64,000 nucleotides of DNA from Cryomorphaceae bacterium (GTDB lineage Bacteria; Pseudomonadota; Gammaproteobacteria; Arenicellales; Arenicellaceae). The position numbers were made by a program, and so were the translations under genes. Every line of letters starts with the position of its first letter. Positions within the stretch are counted from its first letter, which is position 1. Location of the stretch: contig JBLHME010000002.1 of NCBI GenBank assembly GCA_047623225.1, forward strand, positions 675 to 64,674, read 5' to 3'. Under the pieces are notes generated by a model, which saw only the letters and a list, made by a program, of their open reading frames with translations, did not search any database and had not been told where the DNA came from. This document shows, piece after piece, positions 28,730-38,722 of the stretch.

Positions 28730-29583
28730 GCTAAGCGATAGCCTAACTGTTATGATTCTTGGGTCTATTCGACGATTTATTGCAGGTATTGCAAGATCTA
28801 ATTGGCAAGTCCAAACTAAATGGCACAGCCAATGAACGATCATCGTGATCAGGCATGAACAGTTTTCTAGAAACCATCAATTTGATGATTCAAAGATTCT
28901 GTGGAAACGAAATTGGTTTATCAAACACATGAGGTTTGCATAGCTGAGTCAAATAACAAATTCGACTACCAGCGCTAACCTTCGCAAACCAATCGGGCAA
29001 CAAACGGCCCATTCGTTATCCACAAACAGGGCAATGGTTCCCACCCTGATTTTTTGGGATACCTCGCCAAGCTTCTATTGCGTATTGTACAAAATATTGG
29101 TCTGGCAAATAGTCACTAAACGGCAGCGGTTGCTAGTACTCAGCACCTCGAGTTGATCAGAATCAATTACCCGCTTGTGGCAAGTTGTACAAATTTGAAG
29201 TAGAAGCTACTCCATTGTACTAGTGAAAAGATACGGTCTGATGTTCAGACCAGTTTTGATTTTCGCAAATTACCATTAACGATAATTTGCGCATCAAGAC
29301 AAATTAGAGAAAACCTCTATAAATGGAATAAAACCGATAATTACTGTTGGTTTTTGTGTGGGAATTTGAGTGTTCTTTTTAAAGTGTTCTCCAAGGCATA
29401 ACGCCATAGCGACCACACAAAACGAACTCAGCAGCACTTCCATTGCCCTCAGCAAAGCCTTACTTACGGCGGCATCTGAGTCTTTTCAAAACTTGCATCT
29501 CGCGATCCAGATTCTGCACACTCATGGTGCCTTAAATCGAGCAGTCGCACGTGCAGTGATTATTCTTTACACATGGGAAAATC
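28730..29583 (+). promoter_or_regulatory. Long rluC-rne intergenic region / putative structured rne 5' leader
   Basis: About 850 nt with no credible CDS; hairpins at 29027-29048, 29235-29251 and 29330-29354. Confidence 0.5.
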
Positions 29584-31752
29584 ATGAAAAGAATGTTATT
29601 TAACGCAACCCACTCTGAAGAGTTGCGCGTTGCAATCGTAGACGGCCAAAAATTAGTTGATTTGGATATCGAATCAGCCAGCACAGCACTTAAAAAGGGC
29701 AATATTTACAAAGGTAAGATTACTCGTATAGAACCTAGCCTTGAGGCTGCGTTTGTTGAATACGGTGGTAACCGTCAAGGCTTTCTACCAATGAAAGAAG
29801 TGTCACGCACTTACTTTCAAAACTACAAATCTGAAACTCCAATTTCGCAGGTTAATATTGCCGACGTTCTTAAAAACGGGCAAGAGCTGCTAATTCAAGT
29901 TGAAAAAGATGAGCGTGGCAATAAAGGCGCAGCGCTTACAACCTTTATTAGTTTGGCTGGCCGCTATTTAGTGCTCATGCCAAACAACCCAAAAGGAGGC
30001 GGTATTTCGCGCCGTATCGAAGGCGAGGAACGTCAAGAACTGCGTGAAGCCATGTCGGAATTAGAGATTCCTCGTGAGGACGCACTCATTGCCCGCACTG
30101 CTGGTATTGGCAAGTCCGCCGAAGAATTACAATGGGATTTAGATTATCTAAAACGCCTATCAGACGCCATTCAAGAAGCGGCTAAAGCACAAGCTGCACC
30201 TTTCTTGGTATATCAAGAAACCAACTTAGTGGTTCGCTCCATTCGAGATTACTTCCGCAGCGACATTGCGGAAATCATTATTGACGACAAAGAAATATTT
30301 GATCGTGCCACGCGCTTCATGAATCAAGTAATGCCGCACAATGTAATCAAATTGAAGATGTATGAAGATACCGTACCGTTGTTTTCTCGCTATCAAGTTG
30401 AGCATCAAATTGAGTCGGCTTATGCACGTGAAGTTCACCTGCAGGCTGGTGGCGCACTAGTAATCGACCCAACCGAAGCACTCACATCGATTGACGTTAA
30501 CTCGGCGCGCGCTACCAAAGGTAGCGATATTGAAGAAACGGCCTTACAAACAAATATGGAAGCCGCGGAAGAAATAGCGCGCCAATTGCGCATTCGTGAT
30601 TTGGGCGGTTTGGTGGTGATCGACTTTATCGACATGCTGGCGAATAAAAATCAACGTGCCGTTGAGAACTGCTTGCAAAATGCACTTAAAGCAGACCGCG
30701 CTCGTGTTCAAGTAGGTCGGATTTCGAAATTCGGCTTATTGGAAATGTCCAGGCAGCGCCTGCGTTCATCGATTAGCGATTCAAACTATCATGTTTGCCC
30801 TCGCTGCGAAGGTAATGGCCATATTCGCAGTGTTGGTTCTTCAGCTCTTAGCGTGCTGCGCATTATTGAAGAAGAAGCGTTAAAAGAAAACACCGAGGCA
30901 ATTAACGCGCACTTGCCGATCAAGACGGCTACTTATTTATTAAATGAGAAGCGTCATGAAGTCACCTTATTAGAAACCCGCTTAGGCACCAATATTACCA
31001 TTGTGCCGACTATTGAGTTGGAGACCCCACATTTCAAAATTCAACGTTTACGCAGTGAAGATTTGGATGAAATGCCAAACCTTCCAAGCTACAAAACCGA
31101 GATTCAGGAACCCAAGGAAGACCCTCGTAAGGCCAAATATCAAAAGAAAAATCAAACTAGCAATGTGGTAATCGCTCCAAACACTGCACCTGCGGTAGCT
31201 ATTGAATCGATAAAAATGGGTGACATCCCTGTACCTACGCCTAAGCCTGAGCCAATTAAAGCAGGTATTTTGGTTAGAATCTGGCGAGCACTATTTGCCA
31301 CCGGTGACGAAGCTCCAAAGAAAAAGCCGATTAAGAAAACCGGCAAACCCGATGGCCGCAACAATCGCAAGCCTCACGCCAAAAGCGGAAACCCTAATAA
31401 TCGCGGAGGCCGGGGCAATAATAATAACCGTGGTCGCAACAACCCTCGTGGCGGGCAGAACAATAAGCCTAACAACAAGCCGAACAACGAAGGCGCACAA
31501 GCCGATAGTAAGCAAGGCGAATCTGATTCGGGTGATAAACCAAAGAACAACAATCGTAATCGTAATCGTAATCGCAATCGCAACCGCAATAATCGCGGCG
31601 GTCAAAATCGTGGCGGTGACAACCAGAATGCGTCGCAGAATAAGCCAAGCGACTCCGGTAACGCCAATTCGACCAGTGGTGGCGACAATAGTTCATCGTC
31701 ACAATCAGAAAAGCCCAAATCTGACGGTAATCGCGCAGAAAAGTCTGATTAG
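29584..31752 (+). CDS. rne: Ribonuclease E
   Basis: [50 protein letters not shown]; disordered Arg/Asn-rich C-terminus. Confidence 0.97.
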   Translation: MKRMLFNATHSEELRVAIVDGQKLVDLDIESASTALKKGNIYKGKITRIEPSLEAAFVEYGGNRQGFLPMKEVSRTYFQNYKSETPISQVNIADVLKNGQELLIQVEKDERGNKGAALTTFISLAGRYLVLMPNNPKGGGISRRIEGEERQELREAMSELEIPREDALIARTAGIGKSAEELQWDLDYLKRLSDAIQEAAKAQAAPFLVYQETNLVVRSIRDYFRSDIAEIIIDDKEIFDRATRFMNQVMPHNVIKLKMYEDTVPLFSRYQVEHQIESAYAREVHLQAGGALVIDPTEALTSIDVNSARATKGSDIEETALQTNMEAAEEIARQLRIRDLGGLVVIDFIDMLANKNQRAVENCLQNALKADRARVQVGRISKFGLLEMSRQRLRSSISDSNYHVCPRCEGNGHIRSVGSSALSVLRIIEEEALKENTEAINAHLPIKTATYLLNEKRHEVTLLETRLGTNITIVPTIELETPHFKIQRLRSEDLDEMPNLPSYKTEIQEPKEDPRKAKYQKKNQTSNVVIAPNTAPAVAIESIKMGDIPVPTPKPEPIKAGILVRIWRALFATGDEAPKKKPIKKTGKPDGRNNRKPHAKSGNPNNRGGRGNNNNRGRNNPRGGQNNKPNNKPNNEGAQADSKQGESDSGDKPKNNNRNRNRNRNRNRNNRGGQNRGGDNQNASQNKPSDSGNANSTSGGDNSSSSQSEKPKSDGNRAEKSD
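31552..31590 (+). repeat. Coding hexamer repeat (AATCGT/AATCGC)n encoding an NR tract in the RNase E C-terminus
   Basis: aatcgtaatcgtaatcgtaatcgcaatcgcaaccgcaat. Confidence 0.8.
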
Positions 31753-31806
31753 ATAAAGGCAACGGCCTGATATAGTTGGGGCTCTGCAGCCAGTTCACCC
31801 AATACC

Positions 31807-33585
31807 ATGTGCGGCATAGTAGGACTTCTTTCCACACAACTAGATCAGCCCATCGTCGGCGTTAAGCTGGCGGCGATGCAAAATGCTCTAAATCACCGCG
31901 GCTTGGATGGCCGCGGTGATTATTTTGCTCCCTCTAAGAATGCCGCCCTAGCACATACCAGGCTGGCCATTATCGACCTGAGCGATTCAGGAGCACAACC
32001 CATGAGTATTCTCCATGGGCGTTACACCATTAGTTTTAATGGCGAAATCTACAACTACCAAGCACTAAGATCCGACCTGGAAACACTAGGCCCTCGCTTT
32101 GTTAGCAATTCAGACACCGAAGTGATTTTGGCGCTCTACGCGCGCTATGGTGCTGAATCGTTGCATAAGCTGCGCGGGATGTTTGCCTTTGTTATCTGGG
32201 ATGAAGGACAACAGATTGGCTTTGCCGCCCGCGACCCACTAGGCATTAAACCTCTGTATTACTGGCATGATGAGGCGACTCTAGCAGTCGCTTCAGAACT
32301 ACGCGCAATTGTCGCCGCTGGCTTAAGCAAACAGACGCTAGACCCGCAAGGCTTATCCAGTTATTTGCAAACGGGCACGGTAAGCAAACCGCATACCTTA
32401 CTCCGTGACGTGAAGCTTTTACCCGCCGGCCATAACCTTAGTTGGGCCGATGGCAGGCTCAGTGTTATCCCTTACTGGGCTATCGATTTCAAGCCACAAC
32501 CGTTAGAGTACCTTGCTATGCAGCAGCGGACTCGCGAAGCATTGAAAGATTCAATCAAAGCGCACTTTGTGGCAGATGTACCGATAGGTGTATTTTTAAG
32601 CGGTGGCATAAATTCTACCGCGTTAGTCGCCCTTGCGATTAAAGCCACCAAGCAAAAAATTAACACCTACTCGATTGCGTTTGAAGATCCAGAATGGAAT
32701 GAAGGCGATATCGCGCGCCGAGTGGCTGAGCATTTTGGCACTAATCACACTGAATTGGTAATGACAGCCGAATTGGCCAAGCCACTATTCGATCAGTTTT
32801 TACACGCCATCGACCAACCAATGACAGATGGTTTTAATACTTTTTGCGTGGCCAAGTTGGCGCATGATTGTGGTGAGAAGGTAGGCCTTTCTGGCTTAGA
32901 CGGAGACGAACTACGCGCTGGCTATAAATCATTCAAGGTATTACCCAAGATGGTTAGGAACTCCCGCCGATTGGCGCTCTTGCGATGGCCAATCAATTTG
33001 CTCGAAAAAATCAGCAACAAAGTCGTGCCCGCAAAGCTGCGTCGGGTTTTTGATTTTTTGCGTTGGCCAGGCTCTTTGTCCGCTGCTCACACTAGTTTGC
33101 GCCGCATATTTTCGAGCACAGAGGCTACTGCGCTTGGCCAATTGCTGTGCAATACACTGTCAGCATCCTTAACGCATAAGAAAATGTCTGGCGATCCAGC
33201 CAACGCTGTGATTGAGGTGGAGTTGACAACGTATATGCGCAACCAATTATTACGCGATAGCGATCTAGCCAGCATGGCATGGGGGCTTGAACTGCGCGTA
33301 CCATTTGTTGATCGAGTATTGATTGATACACTGTCCTCGATTCCATCAGCACAACGACTACAATATGGAAAACCACTTTTAATAGACGCAGTGCCAGAAC
33401 TTCCTGAATGGGTGATAAATCGTCCAAAGCAAGGTTTCGCCTTTCCGTTTGACCAATGGTTTTCTGATCATTGGCGTGACATCCCGCTTACACAGACCGT
33501 ACCAAGCTGGATTAAACTCGAACCGTGGTATCGGAAATGGAGCTTAATCTTGTTCAATCATTGGGCCCAGCGATATGTCAAATAA
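31807..33585 (+). CDS. asnB: Asparagine synthase (glutamine-hydrolysing) family amidotransferase; motifs eroded, possibly inactive
   Basis: MCGI N-terminus, [44 protein letters not shown]; but HRGLD, LSGGINS and [12 protein letters not shown] deviate from consensus. Confidence 0.85.
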   Translation: MCGIVGLLSTQLDQPIVGVKLAAMQNALNHRGLDGRGDYFAPSKNAALAHTRLAIIDLSDSGAQPMSILHGRYTISFNGEIYNYQALRSDLETLGPRFVSNSDTEVILALYARYGAESLHKLRGMFAFVIWDEGQQIGFAARDPLGIKPLYYWHDEATLAVASELRAIVAAGLSKQTLDPQGLSSYLQTGTVSKPHTLLRDVKLLPAGHNLSWADGRLSVIPYWAIDFKPQPLEYLAMQQRTREALKDSIKAHFVADVPIGVFLSGGINSTALVALAIKATKQKINTYSIAFEDPEWNEGDIARRVAEHFGTNHTELVMTAELAKPLFDQFLHAIDQPMTDGFNTFCVAKLAHDCGEKVGLSGLDGDELRAGYKSFKVLPKMVRNSRRLALLRWPINLLEKISNKVVPAKLRRVFDFLRWPGSLSAAHTSLRRIFSSTEATALGQLLCNTLSASLTHKKMSGDPANAVIEVELTTYMRNQLLRDSDLASMAWGLELRVPFVDRVLIDTLSSIPSAQRLQYGKPLLIDAVPELPEWVINRPKQGFAFPFDQWFSDHWRDIPLTQTVPSWIKLEPWYRKWSLILFNHWAQRYVK

Positions 33586-34758
33586 CTTTAAAGTTCTGCA
33601 TGTTATCCCATCCGTTTCGCCCAAGCGCGGCGGCCCAAGCAAGGCAATCATAGACATGGTCACTGCGCTTCGCCAAGCTGGAGTACAGGCTGAGATAGCA
33701 ACCACAAATGATCACGGAGATTCGCACTTAGATGTGCCACTCGATTGCTTGACCACGAAGGTGTGCCAATCCACTTTTTCAATCGCTTTTCACCGCCGGT
33801 ACCTATAGTACGCGAATACGCTTATTCTTATGGATTTCAGAAATAGCTGCACGCTAATATTGAAAACTACGACGTGGTGCACGTGCACGCAATATTCTCT
33901 TTTTGCTCAAGTTACACCATGATGCTGGCGCGAAAACGCGGCGTTGTCTATATCTCAAGACCTATTGGGCAGTTAGAAAAATGGGCCCTCGGACAAACAA
34001 AAAGCGTTAAACAGTACTATCTAGATTGGATTGAGCGCGCTAATCTGCTGGGTGCCAAAGCCGTACACTTTACCGCCGAGTCTGAACGCTCTCAGGCACT
34101 TGAGCTATTACCTCAATTGAAATCTGAAGTAATCCCTCTGGGCTTAAGCATTCCGATGTCGCTAACCCAACCGCGGCGCAAAATGCGGCAACGCTGGTCT
34201 TTAGACCGCGGCGTTCCCACAATATTATACCTTTCCAGGTTACACCCAAAAAAAGGCCTCGACCTACTTCTAGATGCGCTCGCTATTGTTGATGACTTTC
34301 CTTTCAAGTTACTCATCGCGGGCGAAGGCGACCCAGTATTTAAAAAGGCCTTGGTGGATAAAGTTGAACGCTTGGAATTGCAAGCACGCTGCCAATTTAT
34401 AGGTTTTGTACAAGGTTCAGAGAAAAACCTTTTACTGCAAGGCGCTGATATCTACGCATTAACCTCACACTCAGAAAACTTTGGCATTGCGGTGCTAGAA
34501 GCTATGGCTTCAGGCACCGCGGTTTTAGTCAGTAAAGAGGTCGCACTTTCAGAAGCCGTATCCGAACACAAGTTAGGCTTTGTCTGCGATCTTGAGGTAA
34601 ATGCTATTCGGCGAGAACTGATCGATGCCTTAGCCGATATGGATAACACCGAGGAACTGGCTAGAGCGGCCCGCGATTATGTGGAACAACATTATCAATG
34701 GTCAAATATTGCAAAGCGCATTGTAAAACTCTACAAAGCGATGCCACTAAGCAATTAA
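33575..34758 (+). pseudogene. GT4 glycosyltransferase with a frameshift and an in-frame TAG
   Basis: [18 protein letters not shown]-terminus; frame change near 33749-33752 (DCL to [10 protein letters not shown]); TAG at 33844-33846 (GFQK*LH); LSRLHPKKG and SHSENFGIAVLEAMA downstream. Confidence 0.85.
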
Positions 34759-35217
34759 CGCACGCAACATCCAGGCTGTTTTTTCGTGAATTCGCATCCT
34801 GTCGGATATTAGCGCCGCAGAGGATTCATCATCCGCTTTTTGCGCCACCAACAATGCCTGACGACATGTTTTCACTACTTGCTCGTGACCTTTGGTTAAC
34901 AGCGACACCATCTCGTCGGCACTCGGTACGCCATCTACTTCTTTAATTGAGCTTAAACCGGAAAATGCCGCATAGGTTCCAGGGGCCGCAACATCAAGAC
35001 TCCTAATGCGTTCGGCAATATCATCGACCGCAATAGCCAATTCGGTGTAGTGCTCCTCGAACATTAAGTGCAACTGATGGAACATAGGTCCAGTCACATT
35101 CCAATGAAAATTATGCGTCTGTAGATACAACGTATAAGAATCCGCTAAAAGGGATTTTAAGTTGCCAGCGATAGCCTCTCGGTTTTGTTGATTAATACCT
35201 ATATCGATGCTGCTCAT
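34747..35217 (-). CDS. dps: Dps-family DNA starvation/stationary-phase protection protein
   Basis: [34 protein letters not shown]. Confidence 0.95.
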   Translation of the reverse strand: MSSIDIGINQQNREAIAGNLKSLLADSYTLYLQTHNFHWNVTGPMFHQLHLMFEEHYTELAIAVDDIAERIRSLDVAAPGTYAAFSGLSSIKEVDGVPSADEMVSLLTKGHEQVVKTCRQALLVAQKADDESSAALISDRMRIHEKTAWMLRALIA

Positions 35218-35284
35218 GGTGGGTCTCCGAATGAATTAACTGTTTGTATAGTTAAATCATAGGCGCATCAGACATCACTGTACA

Positions 35285-35321
35285 ATCGTTTGTTACTGCT
35301 AAATAAATAGGTTTAACCTAT
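35285..35321. promoter_or_regulatory. OxyR-like binding site upstream of dps
   Basis: ATCG-N7-CTGC-N7-ATAG-N7-CTAT versus consensus ATAG-N7-CTAT-N7-ATAG-N7-CTAT. Confidence 0.55.
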
Positions 35322-35462
35322 AACTGCTTTATCTATAAGACCTAAGTTCCAGCTCAAATAGCGCCAAGACAAGAATGTTAGACAGCCGTAGATCTCAATT
35401 TAGGAACGCGAGAACAGAAAAATGTTGTGGTGGGTTTAGCACCTTTGTTGAGAGTAGCTATT

Positions 35463-35909
35463 TTAAGCACCATAAGCCGCAAGCGATGCAACAAAACCGA
35501 CGGCTGCAATGACTGTGCGCATATTGTGAAGTAACGCCCATTTTTCTAGTATCGCTTGCGCAATTTCAGGATCCTTGCCAGTTGCGAATGCTAGATTGGC
35601 GTTTTTAAAGAATCCGAAGTAGAAACCCAAAAGTGCAATAGCACAAAAACCACTCATGAACCACCAAGACCAATTGGCGCCGTATAGATTCAAATATAGG
35701 CTTGAGGTAATAATTGGAAGCGCCGATCCCGCAACTGTCAGCGGTGCATAATACCGAAAAAGGCTAGGTGACATCGTGTGGTGCAACCGCAAAAACTCAT
35801 CAGGCGGCATCTTTTTCCAATAAGGAACAAGAATAAACGCCTCTGTTAGTAGTGCTCCTGCTAGTAGCCCGGTCATTACAACCGTTGCAAACTCAAATAA
35901 ACCTATCAT
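35463..35909 (-). CDS. DUF1772 / anthrone oxygenase-like membrane protein
   Basis: GLLAG...P.W, N...WALLHNMRT; four hydrophobic segments; downstream of a TetR gene. Confidence 0.7.
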   Translation of the reverse strand: MIGLFEFATVVMTGLLAGALLTEAFILVPYWKKMPPDEFLRLHHTMSPSLFRYYAPLTVAGSALPIITSSLYLNLYGANWSWWFMSGFCAIALLGFYFGFFKNANLAFATGKDPEIAQAILEKWALLHNMRTVIAAVGFVASLAAYGA

Positions 35910-35969
35910 TTAAATATCCTGTTGATTTTGTTAATTCAATAGTCATAAAAAGCACCTATGGCTACTGTT

Positions 35970-36572
35970 CTATTTAATGCACGCTATTGAAGCAATAAAG
36001 CTGCCAATGAGTACAGATACTCGCTGCATAAATATCTCTTCTGAGGTTTTTCCTTTTGACAGACCATTGAGACATAGAATTAAGTACTCCGCAGACTCCT
36101 GAGTATTTTGATTGATTCTACTTAGGTCGATATCGCCGTTTTTCTCATGCTTCTTGAGGCAATTAGAAAGTAAGTTCTGAAAGCGCCCGAGTGCATTTTC
36201 AGATACGTTCGCGGCGATAGAACTGCCCGCCCCGATAAGCTCTTGCCCGTGCGTTAAGCCAAACAATATCTCGATAAAGGGTCGTGTCCATTCTTTAAAT
36301 GCAGATGTTAGATTGCTCTCCAATGAGTCATGCGACTCAAGCGCTAGCTGAACCTGGGTAGTCACACAATTGTGGATGCCTTCTGTGACTGCAAAGAATA
36401 TTGCTTCTTTATTTTTAAAATATTTGTAGAGAGTGGGCCTCGATACCCCGGCTAGATCTGAGATATCAGCCATAGCGGTTTTTTTGTAACCAAACGTGGC
36501 AAATATTTCAAGAGCGGCTCTTAGAATTCCCTCCTTTGTACTATCTCCGGTGAAGTAATGATTTTGATACAA
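35970..36572 (-). CDS. TetR/AcrR-family transcriptional regulator
   Basis: ILRAALEIF...GYKKT.M.DI...AGVSRPTLYKYFKNKEAIF HTH. Confidence 0.92.
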   Translation of the reverse strand: MYQNHYFTGDSTKEGILRAALEIFATFGYKKTAMADISDLAGVSRPTLYKYFKNKEAIFFAVTEGIHNCVTTQVQLALESHDSLESNLTSAFKEWTRPFIEILFGLTHGQELIGAGSSIAANVSENALGRFQNLLSNCLKKHEKNGDIDLSRINQNTQESAEYLILCLNGLSKGKTSEEIFMQRVSVLIGSFIASIACIK

Positions 36573-36610
36573 GAAACAAACCTATTCTAATTATCAGTAT
36601 TTACATATTA

Positions 36611-36631
36611 TACAAATAATGTCGATTTGTA
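36611..36631. promoter_or_regulatory. Palindromic putative TetR operator
   Basis: TACAAAT-N7-ATTTGTA about 40 nt upstream of the TetR start. Confidence 0.5.
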
Positions 36632-36843
36632 AAGTTGATTATTCAACTACGTGGAACTAGGAGTAAAAAAGTGCGACTTTGTTCGCTGTTGATACTTGGC
36701 TGTATCGGCAAACTGGGTTCGCATTGATTTGCACCCCGGACGAAGTATTCCAAGGCCTGGAAGTCATTGCGAGGTCCAAATGGAAATAATTCAGCAACTT
36801 AAGGTATGGTGACCTTAGCCCTACATGACCCAACCCAGACAGC

Positions 36844-36868
36844 AAAAAAACGCGCCCGAAGGCGCGCT
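36844..36868 (-). terminator. Rho-independent terminator after the SSS transporter
   Basis: Minus strand CGCGCC-TTCG-GGCGCG-TTTTTTT. Confidence 0.9.
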
Positions 36869-36896
36869 TAATAGGATCTTAGATTTCTGGCCCGGG

Positions 36897-38339
36897 TTAA
36901 GCCGCAGCCCCCCTGCCAATAAAAGTAGGTTTCGTTTTAAACACAAATCGGCTCAAGGTCAGCGACGCAATAACACAACAAACCAGTGTGACAAACATTG
37001 AATGGATGTAGTGGATAGGCGCATTGAAAAATAGGATGGCATAAAGTGCTACACCAAATATCACCGCTAAAATAGCCGCCCGAGAATCAACATCGTCGAA
37101 CACCAAACAAACCAAAAATGCTGAAAGAATGGGCATACTGAGCAAGCCGTATAATTGTTGTACGGTTTCGATAATACTGTCAGCTCGCTCATAAAATGGC
37201 ACTAAAATAAGCGCAATAGCCACAATCGTTAGTGTGATGATCGCGTTAAGTTTTTTTACATTCGGCGGGCTTGAAGAATATTTTTCGTGAATGTCACACA
37301 CATATAGCGCTGTCGACGCATTCAAAATACTGTTTACGCTGGTTAGCACCGCCGCCGCAACCGCCGCTGCAAATGCGCCTGACAACCACACGGGCAATAC
37401 ATCTCCTACAATTCGTCCGTAAGCTGCATCGCCTAAATGACCGTACAGCTTGTAGGAAACAATGCCAGGAATAACAATCATCGCTGGCACTATCAACAAA
37501 CGAATAATCGCAGCAGCGTAAACGCCTTTCTGCCCTTCTTCAATAGTGGGCGAAGCCATCGCGCGCTGCGTGATTGTTTGGTTCGTGCTCCAATAAAAAA
37601 TCTGAATAAACAGCATGCCGGTTAACAGGGTATGCCAAGGAATGGCCGATGCACTATCACCAATGAGGGTTAAGCGTTCAGCTGGAATGCCGCTCAAATC
37701 CCAGTTGATCGCATTCAATGACAGAAATACCACGGCCATGCCGAGACTCAATAGCAGCACGCCACTATAGGCATCTGACACTGCGACCGCACGCAGGCCG
37801 CCAAATACAGCGTAAGCGGCGCCGGCCAGAGCGAAACTTATCGCGAGGGTAATTATTGCTACGTCTAGACCAAACATAGTCTTCATGAACAATGAACCAC
37901 CGTACAACATGGCCGGAATGAAGATGCCTATGTTACCCAATAAGAACAGCACACTGATTACGGCGCGAATGTGATGATCACCATAGCGTTTTTCTAATAG
38001 CTCTGTAGTAGTTGTGCATTTATATTTGTAATAGACAGGCAAAAACACCTTGGCCAACACAATCAAACCAATAACGGCGGCGAATTCCCACCAGGCGACC
38101 AATAGCATCTGATTGCCGTTCATGCCCACCAATTGGTCCGTACTAAGGTTGGTCAGCGTGATTGAGCCCGCCACAAAAACCCATGTAAGGCTGCCGCCCG
38201 CCAAGAAAACTTCCTTATTCTCACCCTGCACAGAGTGATCCTGTGACTTAATTGCAGCGCGGCATTTGATATAAGTAAGTACCGCAATCAGCGCAGTGAT
38301 ACCAATGAATATACCAACTTGAAGCGTGGTTGATGACAT
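36897..38339 (-). CDS. Sodium:solute symporter (SSS/SLC5), probably a sugar transporter
   Basis: FLAGGSL.W, SITLTNLST.QLVG.NG, GGLRAVAVSD, YW.TNQ.I.QR; many TM helices. Confidence 0.9.
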   Translation of the reverse strand: MSSTTLQVGIFIGITALIAVLTYIKCRAAIKSQDHSVQGENKEVFLAGGSLTWVFVAGSITLTNLSTDQLVGMNGNQMLLVAWWEFAAVIGLIVLAKVFLPVYYKYKCTTTTELLEKRYGDHHIRAVISVLFLLGNIGIFIPAMLYGGSLFMKTMFGLDVAIITLAISFALAGAAYAVFGGLRAVAVSDAYSGVLLLSLGMAVVFLSLNAINWDLSGIPAERLTLIGDSASAIPWHTLLTGMLFIQIFYWSTNQTITQRAMASPTIEEGQKGVYAAAIIRLLIVPAMIVIPGIVSYKLYGHLGDAAYGRIVGDVLPVWLSGAFAAAVAAAVLTSVNSILNASTALYVCDIHEKYSSSPPNVKKLNAIITLTIVAIALILVPFYERADSIIETVQQLYGLLSMPILSAFLVCLVFDDVDSRAAILAVIFGVALYAILFFNAPIHYIHSMFVTLVCCVIASLTLSRFVFKTKPTFIGRGAAA

Positions 38340-38722
38340 AGTTTGTTCTCCTAAAGTGAGTGACGCCAGTGTATTACTAAGGCGTTGCTGTTACCTATTT
38401 GGGTAACTTTTTGTTTTATTTTTTAATAATCATATAAATAATACCAATGAACAGCTGGCGCGACTAGTGGATTATTTGCATTGGTTCGAGATTACCTTAT
38501 GAGCCATGCCTTAGTTTGCCTTGGACAAGCGAGTAGAGCCGGTTCGTTAGAACAGCCGAATTCCCTTTCCAAGCAAGATATTACAGCTATGCACAAGGTT
38601 AAAACTATATAGATAACCAAATGGCATTGAACCTCTAGTCGATTTAAAAGAAATATCCACAGAGCGGGCAGCCTGATAAAGTGGCGGAAGATTGATCTGA
38701 CTAAGAAAAAGGAACAACACAG

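Noticed and set aside
29370-29603. 77-aa ORF overlapping the rne start as a leader peptide
   Set aside because: GTG start with no clear RBS and no recognisable features; treated as part of the rne leader.
31220-31837. Several overlapping ORFs with RLRLRL, IVIVIV or DYDYDY tracts
   Set aside because: These are alternative-frame and antisense shadows of the low-complexity RNase E C-terminus.
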